Made by a program: the position numbers and the translations under genes | The notes under the pieces: generated by a model | Told to the model about the DNA's origin: nothing | Seen by the model: the letters and a program-made list of their open reading frames with translations, nothing else | Databases searched by the model: none | Part shown: positions 51,799-61,384 of the stretch, piece by piece | How positions within the stretch are numbered: position 1 is the first letter of the stretch | Layout: every line of letters starts with the position of its first letter | Origin: an uncultured SAR86 cluster bacterium | Lineage (GTDB): Bacteria; Pseudomonadota; Gammaproteobacteria; Magnimaribacterales; AG-339-G14 | DNA length: 64,000 bases | Assembly (NCBI GenBank): GCA_902566955.1 | Contig: CACFKX010000002.1 | Location: forward strand, 15,706 to 79,705 | Reading direction: 5' to 3'

Positions 51799-52400
51799 TA
51801 TTAATTGGATTACCAAAAGGAAGAATCTATAAAGAAATAAGGCAGTTACTGGAGAACTCTGGAATACATTTAAAGGAAGATAAAAGAAAATTAATTTTTG
51901 GTTCCTCAGAAAAGAATATTCAGTTTTCTATTCTTCGAGGTTGGGATATTCCTAAGTTCGTAAGTTATGGAGCAGTTGATATTGGAATCGTTGGAAAAGA
52001 TGTTCTTTTGGAAACGGAAGAAGAAAATTTTTTTGAAGTTCTAGATCTAGAGATTGGAAAATGTAGATTATCTTTGGCTGCTAAAGAAAAAAAGGTCAGT
52101 GAATTAGCTGGATCTACTATAGCCTCAAAATTTCCCAAAGAAACAAATAATTTTCTATCAGAAAACTTTATAGATGCTGAAATAATTGAATTGAAAGGAT
52201 CTATTGAAATTGCTCCCATTTTAGGAATATCGGACTTCATTGTTGACTTAGTTAATACAGGCAATACTCTGAAAGAAAATGGATTGAAGGAACTTAAAGT
52301 TATAAAGGAGATTTCGACTAGGATGATTGTCAATAAATCAAAATTTAGAACGAAAAATAAAGAAATTAAAAAATTTATTCAAAGGATTAAGAGTGATTAA
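51795..52400 (+). CDS. hisG: ATP phosphoribosyltransferase, short form (HisG-S)
   Basis: 201 aa with [15 protein letters not shown] and [14 protein letters not shown]. It lacks the C-terminal regulatory domain and so would need HisZ, which is not in the window. Confidence 0.9.
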   Translation: MILIGLPKGRIYKEIRQLLENSGIHLKEDKRKLIFGSSEKNIQFSILRGWDIPKFVSYGAVDIGIVGKDVLLETEEENFFEVLDLEIGKCRLSLAAKEKKVSELAGSTIASKFPKETNNFLSENFIDAEIIELKGSIEIAPILGISDFIVDLVNTGNTLKENGLKELKVIKEISTRMIVNKSKFRTKNKEIKKFIQRIKSD

Positions 52401-53682
52401 AAAGATCGAAAGCCATTCTTTAGAAGATTATTTATTAAAAGAAAAAAATCTTCAAAATGAAAATGGCATCACAGATGCAGTAAGAGAGATAATTCAAGAT
52501 GTTAAAGACTCTGGAAACGAAGCATTGCTTAAATTTATAAATAAGTACGAGGGAAAAAGACTTAAATCTATTGATGAAGTTTTATTTAATCAAGATTTTT
52601 TAGAGGATAAGTTCAATTCCTTGAGTGATAAAGATAGAAATATGTTGATCTACATGGCTGACAGAATAGAAAAATTTCACAATAACGATGTTAGATTATT
52701 TGAAGAGCTTGAAGATGACACGTTAGAAAAGTATGGATATTTTTTGAGGCCTATAGATAAAGTAGGCCTGTATGCTCCGGGAGGAAAAGCGCAGTATCCT
52801 TCTTCTGTTCTGATGACGGGTGTTTTAGCTAAGCTGGCAGGAGTTAATGAGATAACCGTTATGTTTCCTGGAAAAATTGATGACTTGAATCTTATGTTTG
52901 CGGCTTCTCATTTAATCGGAGCAAAAAGTGTTTTAAATTCTGGTGGGGCGCACACATTAGCTGCTGTTGCATTCGGGACTGAGTCCATAGGAAGAGTTGA
53001 TAAACTATTTGGACCAGGAAATAGCTATGTTTCTGAGGCAAAAAGACAACTTTATGGCGAGGTAGGAATTGATTCTCTAAACGGACCATCTGAAGTTGCA
53101 ATTATTGTTGATGAAAATTCTTCAATTGAATATGCAGCGAAGGATTTTTTAGCTCAAGCTGAACATGGTGAGGACTCTAGGTGTTTTCTAATATATCTTC
53201 CAGGCTTTGATTTAAATCAGTTCAATGAATCGTTAAAAAAGAATCTATCAACATCAAAAAGAAAAAAAATTATCAATGAAGCCTTAAAAAATTGTTGCTC
53301 AATTGAAGCCTCATCATTAAAAAATGCTATTTCGTTATCGAATTTAATTATCCCTGAACATTTAGAAATTTTGATTGATGACATTGATTTAAATCAGATG
53401 CCAGTAATCAAGGCCGGTGCAATTTTTATCGGAGCCGAGGCTTCTGCAGTAATGGGAGACTATTGTGCAGGACCATCACATGTTATTCCTACCGGGGGTC
53501 AAGGAAGATTTAGTTCACAAGTTTCATTGAATGACTTCTTCATAAAAACTTCCTACATAGTTACTTCAAAAAACTCCTATAAAAAAAATGGGTATAAAAC
53601 GCTTCTCAGTGAGTCAATAAATATTGCTGAAAGCGAAGGTCTCTGGGAGCATGCCAATGCTCTAAAAGAGAGAGATAATTGA
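52393..53682 (+). CDS. hisD: Histidinol dehydrogenase
   Basis: The start is moved to GTG 52393 (VIKKIES...), giving 429 aa. The track's extra 22 codons lie inside hisG. Motifs: GLYAPGGKAQYPSSVLM, QAEHGEDS and IPEHLEI. Confidence 0.94.
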   Translation: MIKKIESHSLEDYLLKEKNLQNENGITDAVREIIQDVKDSGNEALLKFINKYEGKRLKSIDEVLFNQDFLEDKFNSLSDKDRNMLIYMADRIEKFHNNDVRLFEELEDDTLEKYGYFLRPIDKVGLYAPGGKAQYPSSVLMTGVLAKLAGVNEITVMFPGKIDDLNLMFAASHLIGAKSVLNSGGAHTLAAVAFGTESIGRVDKLFGPGNSYVSEAKRQLYGEVGIDSLNGPSEVAIIVDENSSIEYAAKDFLAQAEHGEDSRCFLIYLPGFDLNQFNESLKKNLSTSKRKKIINEALKNCCSIEASSLKNAISLSNLIIPEHLEILIDDIDLNQMPVIKAGAIFIGAEASAVMGDYCAGPSHVIPTGGQGRFSSQVSLNDFFIKTSYIVTSKNSYKKNGYKTLLSESINIAESEGLWEHANALKERDN

Positions 53683-54459
53683 CTATCTTTTTGTTTCTTT
53701 AAGGATTTTAGAATAACTCTCTGATACAACATCAATTGGAATCGCAAAATTTAAACCTTGATTCCCACCGGTTGTCGATTCAATGAAATTAATGACGCCT
53801 AATAAATTTCCATTTGAATCAACCAACGCTCCACCAGAATTACCAGGATTGATTGAGGCATCAGTTTGTATAAACGAACCTTCCTTGTTAATGAACTTTC
53901 TGCCGATCGCGGAAATTATTCCCATGCTGACTGATTGTCCAAGCCCTTGAGGGTTACCAATCGCATAAACAGTTTCACCTATATTTATATCTTCTATTTT
54001 TCTTTTCCTTTGAATTGGTGAAATATTTACAGTTTTTTCTACTAATTTTAATACTGCTAAATCATTGTCTCTATCTATGCCTATAATTTCAACTTCGTGA
54101 TTTGATCCGTCATAAAATTCAACAAGAAGTTTTTGTTTCAATTTAATTGAATTATTCAAAACATGCAGATTAGTGATTACGTGACCGTCATCGTCAAAAA
54201 TTACTCCAGATCCATCAGGGAAAAAGCCTGTTTTGATGACTTGTTTCCATCTTCTTAGACCTAACGAAGGAGTTTTTTCTTGCCATTCTCTCCACCGACG
54301 AAGACTCCAAATATTTACAACAGATGATGCAGATTTTTCGAAGTTAAATGCTCTCGAAGAATATTCATTTTTATCTCCAAAACCTACTAAAGTTAGGAAA
54401 CCATACCCTGCAAAGGTTCCCAGTAATATCCATATAGATAGTGTGTAAAAAGAGCGCAT
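53683..54459 (-). CDS. Membrane-anchored DegS/AlgW-type trypsin-like serine protease lacking a PDZ domain
   Basis: 258 aa with an N-terminal TM and an intact catalytic triad context (GHVITNLHV, DNDLAVLKL, GNSGGALV). The protein ends about 25 aa after FAIPID, where the DegS PDZ domain would begin. Confidence 0.85.
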   Translation of the reverse strand: MRSFYTLSIWILLGTFAGYGFLTLVGFGDKNEYSSRAFNFEKSASSVVNIWSLRRWREWQEKTPSLGLRRWKQVIKTGFFPDGSGVIFDDDGHVITNLHVLNNSIKLKQKLLVEFYDGSNHEVEIIGIDRDNDLAVLKLVEKTVNISPIQRKRKIEDINIGETVYAIGNPQGLGQSVSMGIISAIGRKFINKEGSFIQTDASINPGNSGGALVDSNGNLLGVINFIESTTGGNQGLNFAIPIDVVSESYSKILKETKR

Positions 54460-54475
54460 TTTTTATTATTCAGAG

Positions 54476-54505
54476 TTGTAAATTATAACCTCTCTAATGT
54501 ATCAT
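54476..54505 (+). promoter_or_regulatory. Candidate rplM-rpsI promoter (TTGTAA-18-TATCAT) with GC-rich discriminator
   Basis: TTGTAA at 54476-54481, an 18-nt spacer, TATCAT at 54500-54505, then TCACGCGCC. The rplM ATG is at 54528. Confidence 0.3.
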
Positions 54506-54527
54506 TCACGCGCCTTATACGTTAATT

Positions 54528-54956
54528 ATGGATACGAAATCTTACAAATTAGATTCACTGGATAAAGGTTGGTTGTTAGTAGACGCTTCCGACAAAACTT
54601 TAGGTCGTTTAAGCACTAACATTGCAAAGATTTTAATGGGGAAAAATAAACCTGAGTATACCCCTCATAATGATGTTGGAGACTATGTAGTTGTGATAAA
54701 TGCTGAGAAAATAAAAGTAACTGGAAATAAAAGCGAGCAAAAAATGTATTACCGACATACCGGTTATCCTGGTGGAATAAAATCTCAAAATTTTAATGAC
54801 CTAATTGCTTTATATCCGGATAGAATAATTACCTCTGCAGTCAAAGGTATGTTGCCTAAAAATAAACTATCTAACTCAGTTATAAAAAAACTCAAAGTCT
54901 ACAAGGGAGAATCTCATCCGCATAGCGCTCAAAATCCTGTAAAACTCGAGATCTAA
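54528..54956 (+). CDS. rplM: 50S ribosomal protein L13
   Basis: 142 aa with W.L.DA..K.LGRL...IA..L.GK and [10 protein letters not shown]. Confidence 0.96.
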   Translation: MDTKSYKLDSLDKGWLLVDASDKTLGRLSTNIAKILMGKNKPEYTPHNDVGDYVVVINAEKIKVTGNKSEQKMYYRHTGYPGGIKSQNFNDLIALYPDRIITSAVKGMLPKNKLSNSVIKKLKVYKGESHPHSAQNPVKLEI

Positions 54957-54964
54957 AATAAAAT

Positions 54965-55357
54965 ATGAGCGATAATCAGTATTATTCAACCGGCAGAAGA
55001 AAAACTTCAACAGCTAGGGTTTATCTTAGTTCTGGCAGAGGCTCCATATTAGTTAACGATCTACCATTAGAAGAATATTTCGGTCGAGAAGTAGCTAGAA
55101 TATTGGTCAAACAACCGATAGAGCTAGTTGAGATGGTAGATAAATTCGACTTGAAAATTTATGTTTCTGGTGGCGGATATTTTGGCCAAGCAGGAGCTAT
55201 AAGACACGGACTCTCCAGGGCCCTTGTTAAATATGACGAATCTCTTAAGCCAGTTCTTAAAGAGGCCGGTTTCCTCACAAGAGATTCAAGAAAAGTAGAA
55301 AGGAAAAAGGTAGGTTTAAGAAAAGCTAGAAAAGCTCCTCAGTTCAGCAAAAGATAG
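54965..55357 (+). CDS. rpsI: 30S ribosomal protein S9
   Basis: 130 aa with [12 protein letters not shown] and a C-terminal ...[19 protein letters not shown]. Confidence 0.96.
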   Translation: MSDNQYYSTGRRKTSTARVYLSSGRGSILVNDLPLEEYFGREVARILVKQPIELVEMVDKFDLKIYVSGGGYFGQAGAIRHGLSRALVKYDESLKPVLKEAGFLTRDSRKVERKKVGLRKARKAPQFSKR

Positions 55358-55362
55358 AGTTT

Positions 55363-55956
55363 ATGCAGCCAAAATCTCCTCCGAACCCAATAAGACGACA
55401 ATTACTAACCTCAATCACATCCTTGCTTGGATTTGTGGGTGTTGTTTTTGCAGCTATCCCTTTTCTAAGTGCATTCAAGCCTAGTGCTCGAGCTGAAGCT
55501 GCTGGAGCACCTGTAAAAGTTAATATAAGCAAGCTAAGTCCAGGAGAATTAATGACTGTGGAATGGAGAGGGATGCCTGTATTTGTTTACAAGGTCTCAA
55601 GCGAAGCTCAAAACGCTTTATCCGAAGATAAATCCAAATTAGCTGACCCTAATTCAGATCAACAACAACAACCGGATTACGCACAAAACGATACAAGATC
55701 TAGAAAAAAGGGTATCGCCGTTGTAAAAGGAGTTTGTACTCATTTAGGCTGTGCCCCAAAGTTTTATCCAGAAGCCACCTCACAGGATTTTGATCCTAAT
55801 TGGCAGGGTGGTTTTTTCTGTCCATGCCATGGATCAAAATTTGATCTCGCTGGAAGAGTTTATGCCAATGTACCTGCCCCAACCAACCTTGAAGTCCCAC
55901 CTCATTATTTTGAGACCGATTCTACGTTGGTAATCGGTTCCGATGGAGCAAGTTAA
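55363..55956 (+). CDS. petA: Ubiquinol-cytochrome c reductase Rieske iron-sulfur subunit
   Basis: 197 aa with Rieske boxes CTHLGC and CPCHGS and an N-terminal TM/Tat-like segment. Confidence 0.93.
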   Translation: MQPKSPPNPIRRQLLTSITSLLGFVGVVFAAIPFLSAFKPSARAEAAGAPVKVNISKLSPGELMTVEWRGMPVFVYKVSSEAQNALSEDKSKLADPNSDQQQQPDYAQNDTRSRKKGIAVVKGVCTHLGCAPKFYPEATSQDFDPNWQGGFFCPCHGSKFDLAGRVYANVPAPTNLEVPPHYFETDSTLVIGSDGAS

Positions 55957-57209
55957 TGACAACTGATACTAGAACGAAACGTTTCCTTAGTTGGATAGAC
56001 TTTAGATTTCCTTTAACTGAAGTTTTCGAAAGGCATTTATCTAAATATCCAGCACCCACTAACCTCAATATTTGGTATCTCTTTGGATTTCTTCTTATTG
56101 TTGTATTGGCAATGCAAATTGTCACAGGTCTTTGGCTGATGATGAATTATACAAATTCAGCAGAAGAAGCTTTTTCTTCTGTTGAATACATCATGAGAGA
56201 TGTAGAGTATGGATGGCTTATCCGTTACATGCATGCTGCAGGAGCCTCAGCATTTTTTGCACTTATCTATTTGCACATGTTTAGAGGAATGATGTACGGA
56301 TCCTATCAAAAACCTAGAGAGCTGATATGGCTCGGAGGTTGGTTTACTTATCTTATTCTAATGGCTGAAGGTTTCACCGGCTATGTTCTTCCTTGGGGTC
56401 AAATGTCGTTTTGGGCTGCTCAAGTTATCATTTCGTTGTTTAGTTCAATACCTATTGTAGGGGAAGATTTGGCAACATGGATAAGGGGTGATTATTTGGT
56501 ATCAGGAATTACTCTATCAAGGTTATTTGCATTTCATGTAGTCCTGCTTCCAATATTACTAATTGCAATTGTTTTCTTTCATATTCTTGCACTTCATGAA
56601 ATTGGTTCTAATAATCCTGATGGTATAGACGTTAAAAAACATCTTGATGAAGATGGAGTTCCTTTAGATACAAAACCATTTTTTCCTTACGACATTAGCC
56701 ATGACATTTTTGCGCTCGGCGTATTCCTGATCATATTCTGTTCAGTGGTCTTCTTCTTTCCAACTGGTGGTGGGTACATTATCGAATATGTAAATTATGA
56801 GCCAGCTAATCCTCTTTCTACTCCTGCTCACATCGTTCCATCATGGTATTACACTCCGTTCTATGCCATGTTGAGAGCTGTGGATTTTCCTCTATTCGGA
56901 CTAACTGCAAAATTCCTTGGGTTTGCTACCATGATGGCTGCAGTTGCTATTTTTGCTGTTCTACCTTGGCTTGATCGAAGCCCCGTGAAATCGATCAAAT
57001 ACAAAGGGATATTAAGTAAAACTTTCTTAGGAATCTTTGTGGTAAGTTTCTTTGCTCTTTGTTACTTGGGTATGGTTCCACCCACAGAGACAAAAACACT
57101 GTTATCAAAAATTTTCACATTAGGTTATTTCTCTTATTTTCTATTGATGCCAATTTATACAAGGATAGAGAAATGCAAACCTGTTCCGGAGAGAGTAGCA
57201 GAAGCATGA
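55956..57209 (+). CDS. petB: Cytochrome b
   Basis: 417 aa. [21 protein letters not shown] (heme His ligands) and the PEWY-equivalent PSWYYTPFY. The ATG overlaps the petA stop. Confidence 0.96.
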   Translation: MTTDTRTKRFLSWIDFRFPLTEVFERHLSKYPAPTNLNIWYLFGFLLIVVLAMQIVTGLWLMMNYTNSAEEAFSSVEYIMRDVEYGWLIRYMHAAGASAFFALIYLHMFRGMMYGSYQKPRELIWLGGWFTYLILMAEGFTGYVLPWGQMSFWAAQVIISLFSSIPIVGEDLATWIRGDYLVSGITLSRLFAFHVVLLPILLIAIVFFHILALHEIGSNNPDGIDVKKHLDEDGVPLDTKPFFPYDISHDIFALGVFLIIFCSVVFFFPTGGGYIIEYVNYEPANPLSTPAHIVPSWYYTPFYAMLRAVDFPLFGLTAKFLGFATMMAAVAIFAVLPWLDRSPVKSIKYKGILSKTFLGIFVVSFFALCYLGMVPPTETKTLLSKIFTLGYFSYFLLMPIYTRIEKCKPVPERVAEA

Positions 57210-57868
57210 AGCTATTAGTTTTTTTAGCATTTGCTTTTTTTTCAGGGCTTTCTTTTTCCGCAGGAGATTATAAATGTGGCTCAATTGAATGCTATGAATT
57301 CAATCCTGACACAAAAGATAAAGAATCTCTTCAAAGGGGTCTCTCAGCATATATGAACTATTGTTATGGATGCCATTCTCTAAAATATTCACGTTATAAA
57401 AGAGTTGCCGAAGACCTCTCAATCCCCCTTGATATTTATGAGCAAAACTTGATATTTGATGACTCTAAAATAGGTGACTTGATGCATATAAGTCTCAAGG
57501 AATCCAAGGCTATAGAGCTATTAGGAGCAAAACCTCCTGATTTGACTTTAGAAGCAAGATTAAGATCTCCCGAGTGGGTTTATACTTACTTAGATACTTT
57601 TTATGAGGACTCCTCTAGACCTTATGGAGTCAATAATAAAGTTTATGTAAATGTTTCTATGCCACATGTATTGGAAGATATTCAATCAGAATTATCAGAA
57701 GAGGAATACGATAGATACATTGCTGATATAACCAATTTTCTTACCTATGTTTCAGATCCATCAGCTGAAACCAGAAAGCAGCTCGGTATATATGTTATTC
57801 TTTTTCTTTTAATCTTCACTGCTTTTGCATATCTCGTTTATAGAGAGTTTAAAAAAGACTTAAAATAA
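57206..57868 (+). CDS. petC: Cytochrome c1
   Basis: The start is moved to ATG 57206 (ATGA overlap with the petB stop). It has the signal peptide [19 protein letters not shown], heme motif CYGCHS, PPDLT and a C-terminal TM anchor. The track's 57059 start lies inside petB. Confidence 0.88.
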   Translation: MKLLVFLAFAFFSGLSFSAGDYKCGSIECYEFNPDTKDKESLQRGLSAYMNYCYGCHSLKYSRYKRVAEDLSIPLDIYEQNLIFDDSKIGDLMHISLKESKAIELLGAKPPDLTLEARLRSPEWVYTYLDTFYEDSSRPYGVNNKVYVNVSMPHVLEDIQSELSEEEYDRYIADITNFLTYVSDPSAETRKQLGIYVILFLLIFTAFAYLVYREFKKDLK

Positions 57869-57877
57869 ATTTATAAA

Positions 57878-58522
57878 ATGACAAGTTTATTAGGTAAAAG
57901 ATCATCCATGGTCTTATTTCATAATGAAATTGGACATCAAAGCCATAAAGTAAGAATAGTACTATCAGAAAAGGGTATTACCGCTGATCTTGAAGCTTTA
58001 GATCCTGAAAATCTTCCAAAAGAAATTCTAGAAGTTAACCCAAAAGGTTTTCTTCCTTTACTTATAGACAGAGAGTTAGCCTTGTATAAGTCTCAACTAA
58101 TTGTTGAATACCTGGATGAAAGATTTCCTCATCCTCCCTTGCTTCCTGTTTATCCTGTGGCAAGAGCTCAAACAAGATTAATTCTTCATAGGATTGAGGA
58201 AGAGTGGACCTATCATGTTGATATTCTGGAAGATGCATCTGCCACAACCGCAAAAAAGAATTCTTCAAGAAAGGAGCTCAAAAAAAATATAACAAATTCA
58301 ATGATGCTTTTTGATGGCTCTGAATACTTCCGAAGCGAAGAATTTTCCGTATTAGATGCAACAATCATTCCTATTTTGATTAGATTGAAATTTCTTGGCG
58401 TGGATATTGCCAACAATAAATCAACTAAAAATATGCATGAATATGTAGATAGGATGTTTGAAAATGAGCTTATACAGGAGAGTTTAACTTTACGCGAGAG
58501 AGAATCTTTTTTTACCGATTAA
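57878..58522 (+). CDS. sspA: Stringent starvation protein A (GST-like)
   Basis: 214 aa. SHKVRIVLSEKGI...EYLDERFPHPPLLPVYPVARAQTRL is nearly collinear with E. coli SspA. Confidence 0.9.
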   Translation: MTSLLGKRSSMVLFHNEIGHQSHKVRIVLSEKGITADLEALDPENLPKEILEVNPKGFLPLLIDRELALYKSQLIVEYLDERFPHPPLLPVYPVARAQTRLILHRIEEEWTYHVDILEDASATTAKKNSSRKELKKNITNSMMLFDGSEYFRSEEFSVLDATIIPILIRLKFLGVDIANNKSTKNMHEYVDRMFENELIQESLTLRERESFFTD

Positions 58523-58523
58523 A

Positions 58524-59579
58524 TTAACCTTGCTTTACTCCGCTCAGATCTATTCTGAATTTTAAAGGTTTAGAATAAAGAAAATTCTCTTTAATTTCAT
58601 ATCTACCAAGTAATCCAGAAAAATTAGAAGATCTGCCTCTAATTTTTGCTCCAAAGAAGAAAATATCAAAGCCAGCCGAAAAAGCAATTTTCTCATTAAC
58701 ATTCAATTTAGGAATGATTTTTTCAAAGATATTCATTCTGTTTAATAATACTGGATACTCAAGGCCTTCAACTTTATTAAGTTCGCTCAAGCTTAATTCA
58801 GAATTCCAAACATCTAATGATTTAGGGTAAGTTAAAACCTCGGCATCAAAAATTAAATTATAGCGAATAGCAGGAATAATCCTTTTTGTTTCATTCGGTA
58901 AGGCATCTATAAATATTTTATCAATATCCTTTCTTTTTCGAGGAGAGAAGTTAATTTTTTCTTTTAAAACATTCCTCAGGGACCTTACTCTTTCATTGCT
59001 TAAATTGATTTCAAAGTAATCAGCAATTTTTTGTTCGTAGTCCGAACTGTTCTTTAAAGACAAGGTATTTTCATTATTTTTTGAATTTCGATTCTTTCCA
59101 GTAATGAGAAGAGATCTTTCATCAATCTGGATAAACTCATTTTCATTATCTATGTTTATCGATGTGAAGAGAAAATTTCTTGATAATCTTCTTTTACACT
59201 TTCTGTAGAATTCCGAATTAATATCATTCACTAATACTAAATTGAAACCCCTTGCTTTAATTGTGCTGCAATCACTCTCTTCATTAAAAGCGATAAATGA
59301 GAGTTTCGAATTCATAGAATCTTGATTTGAAAAAAACCCAAACTCTATACCTTTCATAAAAGAAGAAATGAGTTTTTCATCTACCTCCTCCGAGAAGAAA
59401 ATATTATATGAAGAAGAGAAGTTTTTATTTTTATTGAAATTCTCAACAAAAGACTGCGAAAAGTTACTCTCTATGATTTGCTCTTTATCTAATAAAACTT
59501 TATCTTCCATATTCATAGAACAGTGAAATAGGAATACACTGATGGTTAGAAAATAAATTTTTTTCAAACAATCTTTCAT
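58524..59579 (-). CDS. lpoA: LpoA-like lipoprotein (PBP1A activator family), C-terminal domain only
   Basis: 351 aa with a signal peptide and lipobox (LFHCS). The C-terminal blocks IDKIFIDALPNETKRIIPAIRYN, VEGLEYPVLL and AFSAGFDIFFFG parallel E. coli LpoA VDAVYIVATPGEIAFIKPMIAMRN, MEGLQYSEIPML and YAMGVDAWSLA. It is divergent from rsmI, as lpoA is in E. coli. Confidence 0.55.
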   Translation of the reverse strand: MKDCLKKIYFLTISVFLFHCSMNMEDKVLLDKEQIIESNFSQSFVENFNKNKNFSSSYNIFFSEEVDEKLISSFMKGIEFGFFSNQDSMNSKLSFIAFNEESDCSTIKARGFNLVLVNDINSEFYRKCKRRLSRNFLFTSINIDNENEFIQIDERSLLITGKNRNSKNNENTLSLKNSSDYEQKIADYFEINLSNERVRSLRNVLKEKINFSPRKRKDIDKIFIDALPNETKRIIPAIRYNLIFDAEVLTYPKSLDVWNSELSLSELNKVEGLEYPVLLNRMNIFEKIIPKLNVNEKIAFSAGFDIFFFGAKIRGRSSNFSGLLGRYEIKENFLYSKPLKFRIDLSGVKQG

Positions 59580-59582
59580 AAA

Positions 59583-60419
59583 TTGTCTACATTATATTTA
59601 GTCAGTACACCGATAGGAAATAAATTAGATATTTCTTTAAGAGCTCAAAATGTGCTTTCCTCTGTTGATGTCATTCTATGCGAGGACACAAAAAAATCGG
59701 GTATCTTTTTAAAAGATTTAGGTATAAAAAATAAATTACTCTCTTATCATGACCATTCGAATGTTTCGAAAATTAATTATTTCCTAAAATTACTAAAAGA
59801 AGGAGCCTCTTTGGCCATAATTTCTGATGCGGGAACACCTTTGATATCTGATCCCGGATACGAGTTAGTTGCTAAAGCCATTGATGAGAAAATCAAAGTT
59901 ACTTCAATACCAGGACCTTCTGCTGTTATTTCGGCTTTAATATCGTCAGGTTTATCAACAAGTTCATTTGTATTTGAAGGTTATGCTCCAAAAAAAAAGG
60001 GTCAGCTAGAAACGTTCTTAAAAAATTTACAATATGAGATGAAAACTATCATTCTGTTTGAATCTCCAAAGAGGATAGAAAGATTGGTGCAGATGATTGT
60101 AAAAATTTTAGGCCCTAAAAGGAAAGTATCCTTAGCAAAAGAGCTCACAAAGAAATTTGAGAGGGTCATAAAAGGTGAGGCTAAAGAAATTCATGAATTA
60201 ATAATAAAAGATGAAACTTTAAAAAAAGGTGAGATGGTTCTCGTGATTGAAGGCTCCAAAGAGAAGCAACTTATTTCAGTCGAACATGAGAAAGTCCTCT
60301 TTGAAGAGATCCAAAAATTAAACGGAACCAAGGCAGCATCTAAAATTGTGTCAAAGATTTCTTCAAAAACCTCAAAAGAGATTTACTCAATTTTCAGCGA
60401 ATCAAAGAATGACAAATAA
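59583..60419 (+). CDS. rsmI: 16S rRNA C1402 2'-O-methyltransferase
   Basis: 278 aa. LYLVSTPIGN, ILCEDTKKSG and ISDAGTPLISDPGYELV (tetrapyrrole-methylase fold). TTG start. Confidence 0.92.
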   Translation: MSTLYLVSTPIGNKLDISLRAQNVLSSVDVILCEDTKKSGIFLKDLGIKNKLLSYHDHSNVSKINYFLKLLKEGASLAIISDAGTPLISDPGYELVAKAIDEKIKVTSIPGPSAVISALISSGLSTSSFVFEGYAPKKKGQLETFLKNLQYEMKTIILFESPKRIERLVQMIVKILGPKRKVSLAKELTKKFERVIKGEAKEIHELIIKDETLKKGEMVLVIEGSKEKQLISVEHEKVLFEEIQKLNGTKAASKIVSKISSKTSKEIYSIFSESKNDK

Positions 60420-60436
60420 ATCTAAATACTTATAAT
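60409..60436 (+). promoter_or_regulatory. Candidate rnpB promoter (ATGACA-16-TATAAT)
   Basis: ATGACA at 60409-60414 (inside the rsmI 3' end), a 16-nt spacer, then a perfect TATAAT at 60431-60436. The P1 helix of rnpB starts about 7-8 nt downstream. Confidence 0.45.
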
Positions 60437-60440
60437 GATC

Positions 60441-60778
60441 GCCGAGCTGACCGGGTAATCGCTGTCAAATAGATAGAGGAAAGTCCGGGCTCCATAGAGA
60501 ATGATGCCAGATAACGTCTGGGTGCTGTGAAGTAACGGATAGTGCAACAGAAAATAAACCGCCTTGTGTTAAAAGGTAAGGGTGAAAAGGTGCGGTAAGA
60601 GCGCACCAGACTTTTGGTAACAAAAGTCGTTGGCAAACCCCATCAGGAGCAAGACCAAATAGAGACCTGTTAATGTTTCTCGCATTAGGTTAGGGTAGGT
60701 TGCTAGAGGTTTATGGCAACATAAATCCCAGAGGAATGATTACCAATTACAGAACCCGGCTTATAGGTCAGCTCACAT
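60441..60778 (+). ncRNA. rnpB: RNase P RNA, bacterial type A (compact, ~335 nt)
   Basis: The P1 pairing is GAGCTGACC (60444-60452) with GGTCAGCTC (60766-60774). Universally conserved blocks are present: GAGGAAAGTCCGGGCTCCATAG, GTGCAACAGAAA, GGTAAGGGTGAAAAGGTGCGGTAAGAGCGCACC and ACAGAACCCGGCTTAT. The ends are approximate. Confidence 0.92.
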
Positions 60779-60820
60779 AATAAATATCCTTAAAACCCTT
60801 ATATTTTGGGACTAAACCTC

Positions 60821-60849
60821 TTGACAGTGATTATACAAGTGTCTAAAGT
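60821..60849 (+). promoter_or_regulatory. Pmra-type promoter of the dcw operon (TTGACA-17-TAAAGT)
   Basis: A perfect -35 TTGACA at 60821-60826, an exact 17-nt spacer and TAAAGT at 60844-60849. The mraZ ATG is at 60901. Confidence 0.5.
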
Positions 60850-60881
60850 GTGCTGAAGTGCACATTTGTGTATCTATGTGT
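60838..60881 (+). promoter_or_regulatory. Five phased direct repeats (A/T)GTG(T/C), putative MraZ operator
   Basis: AGTGT 60838, AGTGT 60847, AGTGC 60857, TGTGT 60867 and TGTGT 60877, with spacing 9, 10, 10 and 10 bp. They cover the -10 element and the early transcribed region. Confidence 0.45.
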
Positions 60882-60900
60882 GTAAAAGGGGTCTTGTTTG

Positions 60901-61380
60901 ATGGCTATAGGACTTTATGGATACAGTAGTTTGGCATTGGATTCTAAAGGACGAATTGCGATGCCAGCAAAGTATAAAGAAGCTTTAAAAGAAGTTTCAG
61001 AGGGTTCTTTGGTCATAACTAGGGACCCACAATATCCTTCATTAAGAATTTATCCAGGCAGTTTATGGAAAACCATATCTAAAGCTTTTGAAAACTTATC
61101 AGGCCTGGATTCAAAAATTAGATCTATTCAGTGGAATTTTCTTGGATATGCAAATTTAATTGATTTTGAAGTCAATGATCGGATGCAAATACTTATTCCT
61201 CAAAGCTTAAGAGATTATGCTCAATTAAAAGTTAAAGAAAAAGTATCTTTGATTGGTATGGGTCAGAAATTTGAAGTATGGAATGAAAAAAATTGGCTTG
61301 CAAAAGAGAAAGGTCAACAAATTCAAGGTGAAAAATTGGATATAGACTTACCTTCTAACGTTCAGGAGATCCCTTTTTAG
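60901..61380 (+). CDS. mraZ: Transcriptional regulator MraZ
   Basis: Two DXXXR-type SpoVT/AbrB-like repeats (LDSKGRIAMPAKYKEAL; DRMQILIPQSLRDYAQL). The ATG at 60901 is preferred over the track's TTG at 60898. Confidence 0.9.
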   Translation: MAIGLYGYSSLALDSKGRIAMPAKYKEALKEVSEGSLVITRDPQYPSLRIYPGSLWKTISKAFENLSGLDSKIRSIQWNFLGYANLIDFEVNDRMQILIPQSLRDYAQLKVKEKVSLIGMGQKFEVWNEKNWLAKEKGQQIQGEKLDIDLPSNVQEIPF

Positions 61381-61384
61381 CATC

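Noticed and set aside
57059-57205. Long N-terminal extensions in the ORF track: petC from 57059, gatC to 43730, ychF to 31097, the RDD gene to 6686, hisD from 52327 and nusA from 22391.
   Set aside because: The extensions overlap the neighbouring conserved gene and have no counterpart in E. coli homologues. Internal starts reproduce the canonical N-termini (for example a signal peptide for c1, and [17 protein letters not shown] for YchF), often with ATGA or TAATG coupling.
60430-60636. A 68-aa ORF on the minus strand between rsmI and mraZ.
   Set aside because: The region is RNase P RNA on the plus strand, with all universal type-A blocks present. The ORF is a chance open frame across a structured RNA gene.
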